A stretch of DNA of 64,000 bases from Eledone cirrhosa. Taxonomy: Eukaryota. The stretch spans positions 1 through 64,000 of the forward strand of contig CAXHJY010000125.1 of assembly GCA_964016885.1 (NCBI GenBank), written 5' to 3'. Shown one piece after another: positions 32,896 through 46,354 of this stretch (within the stretch, counting starts at the first letter, position 1; every line of letters begins with the position of its first letter). A model generated the notes under the pieces. The model did no database searches, was not told the DNA's origin, and worked only from the letters and a program-made list of their open reading frames with translations. Both the position numbers and the translations under genes were made by a program.

Positions 32896-33283
32896 AATAA
32901 TTGTTTCTACTTTAGGCACAAGGCCAGCAATTACCCAGTGCATTACTGGTACTTTATTTTATCGACCCCGTAAGGATGAAAGGCAAAGTCAACCTCGGCG
33001 GGATTTGAACTCAGATCGTAAAGGGATGTAACTATGCTGGAAAGCATGGCGTCCGACCCTCTACTGATACAGCCAATCCACCGCTGTCGTCAGAAATAAT
33101 TATTTCTACTTTAGGCACAAGGCCAGAAATTACCCAGTGCATTACTGGTACTTTATTTTATCGACCCCGTAAGGATGAAAGGCAAAGTCAACCTCGGCGG
33201 GATTTGAACTCAGATCGTAAAGGGACATAACTATGCTGGAAAGCATGGCGTCCGACTCTCTACCGATACTGCCAATCCACCAG
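32896..33283 (-). mobile_element. Two tandem tRNA-derived SINEs (Nin/Deu-like central domain)
   Basis: A-box TGGCAGTATCGG, B-box GAGTTCAAATC, GCCTTTCATCCTTACGGGGTCGATAAA core. Confidence 0.85.
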
Positions 33284-34034
33284 TCGTCAGAAATAATGAT
33301 ATTTGTTTATTGAAAAAAAACCAACAAAGATTTAATATAATAGGTCTGTTTGGGAACAGGTTTTGAATTGACCAATAGAAAGGTAGTAAGTGGTCAAGAT
33401 GGTAGAATAGTAGTAATGGAACTTTAATTTAGGGGTAGAGGAAGGCAGATTTCAGTTTTGAATGGAAAGAGTATAATGAATGAAAAGATTATTTTGGGGA
33501 TGAAAATAGGTCAAGTCGGTAAAAGGTACACGAAAATTTGAAGTTATAAAAGAATAGTGCTAATGTAAATATCTAAGGAGAATAAAATTTTACGTTAAAT
33601 GTGTTAGTGAAAAATATCAATCTTATTTAAAACATAAGGAATTTACATCTATAAAAAGAAAATAAATGAATTAAATTGATAGGTATATTTATATTGATAA
33701 ATTTATATTAATTCATATAGATATGATAAATAAGAGTTAGATGTAATTGAAGAATGCTGTTAAAAACGAAGGGAAAATAAAAAAAAAATTATTATTATTG
33801 GGGGGGGGGGGGTTAAATTTATTAGTGAGAAATAACAAATTTATATAGATTATAAGGAATATAGATTCATAACCTGAAATTAAAATAGTTTATGTGTATA
33901 CTTATTGGTATAAATTTTAGGAAAAGATAGCTGTAAAAGGGAAATAAAATTATGCAGTTCATTAGTAGTAGAATATTAATTATAAGTTAACTAATTTTAA
34001 AAAAGTGTTATTATTATAATTTGTAAAGTGTATA

Positions 34035-35350
34035 TTAATTAGGTTTATAATATTTAAAAGTTCTTCTCAATTTATGATTACATGATATAATTAATTCCTG
34101 TCGCTTATTTAATAGGATATCCTTAGATTTCATTATTTCAAAAAGTTCCTGGGAACATAATCTACATTCATATCTATTATTTTGATAAGGGGTGGCCCTT
34201 TTGAGTACACTCCAGGTCAGGTTATAATCTATATTCCTTTTTCTATAATTATTAATTATTTCAGCTAAGGATGTTGTATTAGCTAATGCGGCATTTTTAA
34301 AACTGTGTTTGTGGGTATTAAATCTTACTTTAAATTGGTTAGAAGTAGCTCCTATATATGAATAAGTTGAGTCCTTAGTGTTAATTTTACCTTTATATAC
34401 TATGTTATTAATAAGGCAATTTCCTTTTAATGGGCAATTTGCTTTGTTTCTACAGTTACAACCTTTCGTGAATGCTGTATCAGAGGAGATAGTCTAATTA
34501 GGTGTGGAATTTTCACGACTTGTATGTGAATGAGATGGTGGTTTGCTGTGGTTTATTTTAGTATTATGGTTAGTTTGATGTATTGGTGGTAGTATATTCA
34601 TGGTTTTTTTACATTTATATGCATTATAGGCACTTATATTTTGTTGTATATTTTTGGTTGTTGAGTAGGAGAATTTAACCGTTGATCTATTTAAAATTTG
34701 ATGGTATTTATGGTTTGGCGGGAAGTTTTTCTCTATTATAGTAAAAAAAATTTTTTAGGTATATTATCTTTAATTTGTAGATTAAATGGAGCATTATACC
34801 AAGTAACTCGTCTATTACGGTTTCGATGTTGTTTATTATTTTTATAGGATGTATCCTGATGTTTATTAAGAGAATTAGTACTAGTGATTTTATTACACAT
34901 ATTTTTAGTTAGATTCATTGATTTAGGTGTTTTAGCCTGTTTATTAGGAATTTTGTTAACATATATTGGAGTATTAGGAGGAATGGTTTTTTGAAAGTTA
35001 CTATATTGTATATTAGAAGAGTTAGAGAAATTAAGTTTTATGTTGGTATTTTTGGGTATAGTGTGAGTGGCATTTAGGTGTGTATATTTCATTTGGTGTT
35101 TGTTGGTAATATTGGGTTGTATGTTTGTAGTGTTATTGGTACAAGTTATATATACTAATTTGTTTTTGTGGCCGCTTCTAGCTAAAGCTTCGTTATAAAA
35201 GGTCGCATTTTTATCAAATACATCCTGGTTAGACGAAAGGTTAGAAATTCTGAGTGAGATATTATATGCTAGGTTTTTAAGGATAGATTTAGGGTGATTA
35301 GATTGTGAGTGTATGTAATGTAAGTTTTGGTTAGGTTTATGGTAAGGTTG
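34035..35350 (-). pseudogene. PLE RT thumb-linker-GIY-YIG remnant (inverted arm)
   Basis: QPYHKPN, SNHP, RRVTWYNAPFN, CNCRNKANCPL, YIGATS; frameshifted. Confidence 0.8.
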
Positions 35351-35562
35351 GAAGATACATCTTCTCTTTTCATGATATTCGGATTACATTGAGTTCTTCA
35401 TACTGATTGGACACTTTCGTACATTTTGGTAGATTTATCTACATACTTTGCTCCTAATTTTATGAAGGTATTCATATTTTTGTATATATATATATATATA
35501 ATTTTATAACTCACTCTATATATATAGTTGAGCTCTTTTTCTTGTCCATTATCCATATCACA

Positions 35563-37334
35563 ATGGAAAAACAATACTTGGGAACTTCTTTAAATAATAT
35601 ACCAATACCTTCTAAGGATGAATTCTTACTTCTTATGATACAAAAAAACAACCAATTCATCAAAAGGGTCAGATGGAGGGCCTACCACTTCGATAAAAAA
35701 ACAAAATGTACTGATAAGAAATATTTATATGATTTCACTACATATAAAAACCCACCACACAACTCCTTGCTTGAAAACTTCGAGAAAGACCTTTTTAACT
35801 TAATCAAACACCTCAAATTTAAGAAATATAAATCTAATTTTCAAAAGGATCTTGATTCTACCCTATTGGATCTATAAAAATCTAACAAAATCCATGTCCA
35901 CTCTGACAAAATTGGAAATCTGTATCACATGGATATTGATAATTACAATGAGTTCATATATAAAGAACTCAGGAAAAATTATAAAAAAACAAACAATGCG
36001 GCACTTACCAACATCAACAACAAAACACACAACATAGTAAATAGACTTAATATTGAAGATAGAACTGAACATTTGGCACTGAAAAAACCACATTTTAACC
36101 TGAAAGATCACAAATCTAATTTTAACTCTAATCCTTCTATAAGGCTTATATGCCCTTCCAAATCTGACATTGGCATCATTAGTAAAAAAATGTTTGTAGA
36201 GTCATCCCACAATTAAGAAAACATGTTAATTTACCACTCTGGGAAAACACATCCCAGCTAATTAACTGGTTTACTAATATTAGAAATAAATCTTCTGCTT
36301 CATTTCTACAATTCTATATAGATGCTTATTATTCCTCTATATCACCTATACTCCTGAACAAAGCCTTGATATTTGCCAAAAATAGATCAAACTTAACTAT
36401 GGATGAAATTAATATTATCACACATGTTAGACAAACACTACTGGAATTTCAGAAAGAATACTGGACCAGAAACACATATAGTAATCTATTCGACATTACT
36501 ATGGGCTCTAGTGATTCTGCCCAAATTACCGATCTTGTGGGCATCTTTCTTCTATTTAACATAAATGTTTCTTTTCCCCACCTTAAAGGTGGTTTATATC
36601 GTGACGACTGTCTTCTTCTTTCCAATAACCTTAGCCTATCAGAAATTGAAAAAAATAAAAAAACTTATTAGAACTTTCCTCAAAGACTATTATAGTCTCG
36701 ATATTACATTTGAAAACACTAGTAAAGTAGTTAATTTCCTTGATATAACATTAGACTTATCTACGGATATCTACCAACCTTACCATAAACCTAACCAAAA
36801 CTTACATTACATACACTCACAATCTAATCACCCTAAATCTATCCTTAAAAACCTGTGAAAATTCCACACCTAATTTGACTATCTCCTCTGATACAGCATT
36901 CACGAAAGGTTGTAACTGTAGAAACAAAAGAAAATTGCCCATTAAAAGGAAATTGCCTTATTAATAACATAGTATATAAATGTAAAATTAACACTAAGGA
37001 CTCAACTTATTCATATATAGGAGCTACTTCTAACCAATTTAAAGTAAGATTTAATACCCACAAACACAGTTTTAAAAATGCCGCATTAGCTAAGACAACA
37101 TCCTTAGCTGAAATAATTAATAATAGAAAAAGGAATATAGATTATAACCTGACCTGGAGTGTGCTCAAAAGGGCCACCCCTTATCAAAATAATAGATATG
37201 AATGTAGATTATGTTCTCAGGAACTTTTTGAAATAATGAAATCTAAGGATATCCTATTAAATAAGCGACAGGATTTAATTATATCATGTAATCATAAATT
37301 GAGAAGAACTTTTAAATATTATAAACCTAATTAA
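35563..37334 (+). pseudogene. PLE RT + GIY-YIG with stops, frameshifts and a ~754-bp internal deletion
   Basis: SLNNIP..RVRWRAYH, RLICPSKSDIG, FDITMGSSDSAQ, GLYRDD; deletion at 36854/36855 relative to the inverted arm. Confidence 0.88.
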
Positions 37335-38082
37335 TATACACTTTACAAATTATAATAATAACACTTTTTTTAAATTAGTTAACCTATAATTAATATTCTA
37401 CTACTAATGAATTGCATAATTTTATTTCCCTTTTACAGCTATCTTTTCCTAAAATTTATACCAATAAGTATACGTATAAACTATTTTAATTTCAGGTTAT
37501 GAATCTATATTCCTTATAATCTATATAAATTTGTTATTTCTCACTAATAAATTTACCCCACCCCCCTAAATTATTATTATTATTATATTTTTAATTTTCC
37601 CTTCGTTTTTAACAGCATTCTTCAATTACATCTAATTCTTATTTATCATATCTATATGAATTAATATAAATTTATCAATATAAATATACCTATCAATTTA
37701 ATTCATTTATTTTCTTTTTATAGATGTAAATTCCTTATGTTTTAAATAAGATTGATATTTTTCACTAACACATTTAACGTAAAATTTTATTCTCCTTAGA
37801 TATTTACATTAGCACTATTCTTTTATAACTTCAAATTTTCGTGTACCTTTTACCGACTTGACCTATTTTCATCCCCAAAATAATCTTTTCATTCATAATA
37901 CTCTTTCCATTCAAAACTGAAATCTGCCTTCTTCTACCCCTAAATTAAAGTTCCATTACTACTATTCTACCATCTTGACCACTTACTACCTTTCTATTGG
38001 TCAATTCAAAACCTGTTCCCAAACAGACCTATTATATTAAATCTTTGTTGGTTTTTTTTCAATAAACAAATATCATTATTTC

Positions 38083-38458
38083 TGGATTGGCAGTATCGGT
38101 AGAGGGTCGGACGCTATGCTTTCCAGCATAGTTACGTCCCTTTACGATCTGAGTTCAAATCCCGCCGAGGTTGACTTTGCCTTTCATCCTTACGGGGTCG
38201 ATAAAATAAAGTACCAGTAATGCACTGGGTAATTTGCTGGCCTTGTGCCTAACGTAGAAACAATTATTTCTGAAGATTGGCAGTATCGGTAGAGGGTCGG
38301 ACGCCATGCTTTCCAGCATAGTTACGTCCCTTTACAATCTGAGTTCAAATCCCGCCGAGGTTGACTGCCTTTCATCCTTACGGGGTCGATAAAATAAAGT
38401 ACCAGTAATGCACTGGGTAATTGGTGGCCTTGTGCCTAAAGTAGAAACAATTATTTCT
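38083..38458 (+). mobile_element. Two tandem tRNA-derived SINEs (mirror of 32896-33283)
   Basis: same A/B boxes and core. Confidence 0.85.
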
Positions 38459-38666
38459 GAAGACAGCATATATATATATGTAGGTATGTATATTCCCTCT
38501 CATAGTTTGTAAAATTTTTACATAGATCTATATGATATACATACCAACACACACATATATATCCTAGAAACGATCGTAAAATGATGAATTTTTTAATATA
38601 AGGAACTGTTTCTTTGTTTTTATTCATTATTTTTATTAATTTATATATATGTATATATATATATAA

Positions 38667-38725
<59 letters not shown>

Positions 38726-39313
38726 TATATATATAAGGTACGTATACTTTCTCGTACATATATTTGCTTGTATATGTTATTGGTGTATATATTATATATA
38801 CTGGTACATGTGCATTTGGTTATGTGTATACGTGAGTTTTGAGTCTGTGTGAGTATGCGAATTTGTACGTATGTAGGGGGTGTGTATACCTGTACTTGGT
38901 TGACGTACGTCCGCGAACATATGTGTATTTACATGTGTGTGTGTGTGCGCACGTTACATACGTATTTATGTGTGTATATTTATATACGTTTATTTAATTA
39001 TGTATACACGCACTCACACACATGTATATATATATATATATGTCTTTATTTATTTTTATGTGGATTTGGTCTATACGTTCGTATGTGCGCGGTACAGGCG
39101 TTGCGTGGGTTCTGTATGTGCGTGTGTGTGTGTGTTTGTTATTGTTGTATACATGCTTGTATTTGCATACCCATGTGGGAGTGTTTTGGCGTATGCTTGT
39201 GTATGTACGTATATGGATGTGTGTATGTATATATTTAATTTCAATTACCTCTGTATTTTATTTACTTTATTCTTAACTCTGAAGCCGACAATCCTTCGGT
39301 TTCCAAATAGAAT

Positions 39314-39560
39314 TGTAGTCTACGACTTCAGCTATACCATTTACGTGGTTTTGTCTTTGCGTGTAATTGTTCTCATTGCTCCACATAATGACGTACTATC
39401 TTCGCTTTTTCCGTTCATTACCAGACAACGTCTCCACCTAATAGAATATTAGTCTACGACTTCATTTATACCATAAACGTGGTTTTGTCTTCGCGTGAAA
39501 TTGTTTTCACTGCACCAAATAATGACGTATTATCTTCGTTTTTTTCCGCTCTTTGCCAGG
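39314..39560. repeat. Diverged ~135-bp tandem duplication
   Basis: TAGTCTACGACTTCA..CGTGGTTTTGTCTT..ATAATGACGTA..TTTTTCCG occurs twice. Confidence 0.75.
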
Positions 39561-39745
39561 GAATGTTTCCACAAACCAAAGTATCGTCTTCCTGTCTTGC
39601 TTCGGTTGCAACGTTTTTTGAAATATTTACTTCTGCTTCCACAGATTGACTTTTTTTTAGTTTTAGAAGATCCTGTTAAGGGTGAAAGCAGCGATTCTTT
39701 GCTTAAACTTTAATCTGTTATTTTAATAAATATATATATATATAC

Positions 39746-39804
<59 letters not shown>

Positions 39805-39992
39805 TATATATATAAATATATAGATATAGATAGGTAAATATACACGGGTGTGTATGATTGTGTATAGAAGATTAAATTAATAAGAGGAATTCCAACTTTG
39901 TCTGATTTACTCGTTTTATTTACAATCCTTTAAAATATATAATGGTATTATAATGAAATAGTATGATACAATATTAAATTCTAAGTGTTAAT

Positions 39993-40031
39993 TGAACAAG
40001 TACTTTCATGCTTTCGCAATCTTCAGGTTCA
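39993..40031 (-). ncRNA. Minimal type I hammerhead (left arm)
   Basis: reverse complement of 40089-40127. Confidence 0.72.
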
Positions 40032-40088
40032 TAATATGTGGTGACAGTCGAGTTTGCAATTTTCAAATTCGACTGTCACCACATATTA

Positions 40089-40127
40089 TGAACCTGAAGA
40101 TTGCGAAAGCATGAAAGTACTTGTTCA
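40089..40127 (+). ncRNA. Minimal type I hammerhead (right arm)
   Basis: TGAAC-CTGAAGA-tTGC gaaa GCAt-GAAA-GTAC-TT-GTTCA; palindromic AGTACT stem III. Confidence 0.72.
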
Positions 40128-40244
40128 ATTAACGCTTAGAATTTAATATTCTATCATACTATTTCATTATAATACCATTATATATTTTAAAGGATTGTAA
40201 ATAAAACGAGTAAATCAGACAAAGTTGGAATTCCTCTTATTAAT

Positions 40245-41850
<1,606 letters not shown>

Positions 41851-41893
41851 TGTATTCGTGTAGACGCGTTCTTGAAGCTAGTAAAATGAGGTA

Positions 41894-41983
41894 TCCTCTT
41901 GATAAGTCGGCAGACCTCGCAAGGACTCTATATCTTTATGATGTATTGTTTTTGTTTATGCCACGAAACTACGTAGTCGAGGA
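41894..41983 (+). ncRNA. Variant type I hammerhead with U3-A8 core
   Basis: TCCTC-TTGATAA-GTcGGCA..TGCCAC-GAAA-CTACGTAG-TC-GAGGA. Confidence 0.72.
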
Positions 41984-42160
41984 ATCTAGGAACAGTTTAG
42001 GTATGATACATTTTATTACTAATTATATCTAAATGTTTCTTCTCTCTTCATAATGTATTTTTAACTCTGATACTGGTCCAGTCTAGTTCAACCGGATTGG
42101 TCTGTCCCAGTCATTCATTGAGCAACATCGGTGAGGTTGGCACCATTAACTCACGTATAT

Positions 42161-43530
42161 CATCATCATCGTCATCAGGTTTAGCGTCCGTGTTCCACGC
42201 TTGCATGGGTTTGGACGGGGGTTTTCCCACTTGAGGCAAGAGTGGTTGTCTTGCTCGCATAGGACTGTCTGGCGGGTTTTCTACAGTTGGATGCCCTTCC
42301 TAACACCAACCACATTTACAGTGTGGGGCTGGGAGGTTTTTACCGTGTTGCCTACACGGCCACATTACAGCGTGGACTGTCTGGCGGGTTTTCTACAGCT
42401 GGATGCCCTTCCTAACACCAACCACATTTACAGTGTGGGGCTGGGAGGTTTTTACCGTGTTGCCTACACGGCCACATTTACAGCGTGGACTGTGTGTTTT
42501 TTGTCGTGACACCTACACGATCTCATTTGTTTCGGCCTGGAGGTGGTGGGACGGGGGTGTGTTTTGATAGAGATGCCTACTGACTCTAGTAGGTTTTTAC
42601 TTTGTATTTAGGTAAGGCGGGTCTTCTCTATTACTGAGTACCGCCAAAGGTCTCGGTCCAGTGACATTGTCTTGGAGAGGTGTAAGCGTGTGAGGTCGGA
42701 ATTTATCAGCTCGTCCCATGTTTTTCTGGGTCTGCCTACTCCGTGGCTACCGTCTATCTTTATTGCCCTGCACTTTGTTATACAGCTGTCGTCTTTCATG
42801 CGCATCACGTGACCGTACCAACGTAGCCTTCTCTCGAGTAAACAACATCTGATCCCTCTTATTTCTAATTTTTTCCTTAGTTCGTTTATGCTTTGCCGTT
42901 CACGTATATTACTATTGCACATCCAGCGGAGCATGCAAGCTTCGTTCCTCTCTAGTCTGCGTATATCCTCTGCACACAATGCCCAGGTCTCACTGCCATG
43001 CAGCATTGCTGTTCGTATGCAGGCATTGTATAACCTGCCTTTCATTTTTAGGGAGAACCCTCTAGCGGCTAATAGTGGTATAAGCTCTCTGAACTTTTTC
43101 CATCCAGTTCTGACTCTAGCTACTGTACTTTCAGAGCACCCTCCCCCACTGCTGATTTTGTCACCCAGATAACGGAAGCTGTCCACTATTTCTATAGAAC
43201 CCTCTGCGCAGTTGAAGGAGCTAGTATTTTGTGGGCACTTGCTGCTACTTATTGCACCAGAGCACCGGCCACATGTAAAATCTATGTTCTTAGTTAGCTT
43301 ACCTGTGATCCCACTACATCTTTTATGCACCTATACTTTGCATTTGGGACATAAAATGGAGTTTCTACCTATGCCTTTCCTACACACTGAGCATGGCCAT
43401 TTCCCAGATGGGACCGCCGCCTTATTTTCTTTCCTACAAACTAGAACTTTAGTCTTAGCCAGGTTAATTTTAAGGCCTTTTGATTCTAGGCCGTGCTTCC
43501 ATGTTTGGAATTTCTTCTCTAGTTCGGTCA
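42161..43530 (-). mobile_element. RTE-like LINE 3' fragment with (GAT)n tail and ~112-bp duplication in the 3' UTR
   Basis: ORF remnant plus 3' UTR shared with the copies at 19861-21098. Confidence 0.88.
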
Positions 43531-43531
43531 T
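42608..43531 (-). pseudogene. RTE ORF C-terminal remnant with Cys/His-rich insert; internal TAG at 43331
   Basis: [40 protein letters not shown]. Confidence 0.85.
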
Positions 43532-44598
<1,067 letters not shown>

Positions 44599-44600
44599 AG

Positions 44601-45035
44601 TATTAAATAAATGGAAACTATATTTATAAAACCATATTTATTTCATTATATATATTTCGGGGATATCATATTAACAATATGCTATGCCTTCCTCAGACAA
44701 AATACAATAAAAACAGTTTTATAGATAAATAGATTCGACATACCGTAACAACACCGACTTGCATTTGGAGAGGTTGAGCTGGCAGTGAAAAAATTTTACA
44801 CAGAGAGAAAGAAAGAGAGAAAAAAGAAAGAAAGACAGAAAACGAAGAAAAGGAAGAAAAAGAAGAAATGCATGGAACAAAGTAGAGAGATGGAGAGATA
44901 CATAAGGAGAAGAACTTCATGTAAAGAAACAGAGAGAGATATATATATAGAGAGAGAGGAAATAGAGATAGATACATATATATATAGAAAATTAGGTAGT
45001 GGGAGGTCAGTTGAGTAAATGTATCAATGGTACAT

Positions 45036-45066
<31 letters not shown>

Positions 45067-45307
45067 GCTCTAGTATTAATGTAAGGGAGATATATAGAGA
45101 GAGAAAGAATATAGAGAGAGAAAAAATAGCGAGAGAAAAAAATTTAAAAAATAGCCAGATATATTCGAGGCGTAAAAAAACCCTATGTTTTAATGTATTA
45201 GTATTTATAAAACTTCCAAATATACTCCAAATATTTGTCGAGTGCTTCTATATCAGTTATAAATATTTACTAGTTGTAACCCAACAATTTTAAATATAAC
45301 TTTCCAT
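44601..45307. mobile_element. Short inverted-structure copy of the PLE A terminal region
   Basis: 44601-~45200 is homologous to 1541-~2130; 45218-45307 is the reverse complement of the tail 1448-1536. Confidence 0.85.
44639..44704 (-). ncRNA. Type I hammerhead, PLE A family
   Basis: homolog of 1579-1644; first stem II pair mismatched (A.C). Confidence 0.65.
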
Positions 45308-45829
<522 letters not shown>

Positions 45830-46040
45830 ATATTGTTATATTTGGGGAGGGTCATATTTGCGTAATATTGCCAGAATTAATAACAGAACACACTCACTGT
45901 TTGGTTGGTTTTCGCTTCTCGCTGTCTTTTATATATATATATCTGCGATCTAACTTACTCGGTCCTCAATGTTGCCATTGACTGACCGGCGGTCAAAAAT
46001 AATACAGATACAATATAGACAAACACATATATATATAGTT

Positions 46041-46083
46041 TACATAAATCTTTCGTTGCACATCTGCAACATCGTCAGTGGTG
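46041..46083 (-). ncRNA. Minimal hammerhead motif (left arm)
   Basis: mirror of 50577-50619. Confidence 0.6.
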
Positions 46084-46354
46084 TTATATTCATTGTTCCT
46101 CCTGTTGTGTTGTATGTCTACGCCATTTTTTTTGTTCAGTCTGTCTATATATTTATTTATTTATTTATTTGCTTGTTTGTTTATCTTATTTTATTTTGTC
46201 TTCTTTGCGCATGCGTTTGCGTGTGTGTATAGTGTTATGTGTGATGTGTGACTAGTGTGTATAGTGTTGTGTCTGCTGGGTGACTAGTGTGTGTTTATGT
46301 GCTTGTGTATGTATTTATTTATCTTATTTTATTTAATTTAATTTACTTATTTAT

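Larger units (their letters stand above)
32581..38641 (+). mobile_element. Penelope-like element B (Hydra-clade-like) with upstream inverted arm
   Basis: sense part 35357-38641; 32581-35350 is an inverted copy of the 3' half; 35367-35442 repeats the terminal segment 32581-32657. Confidence 0.88.
39876..40244. repeat. ~180-bp-arm fold-back inverted repeat carrying a hammerhead on each arm
   Basis: arms centred on ~40060 with few mismatches. Confidence 0.92.

Noticed and set aside
38083-38170. tRNA gene
   Set aside because: A/B boxes belong to SINE heads followed by a SINE core; no proper cloverleaf seen.
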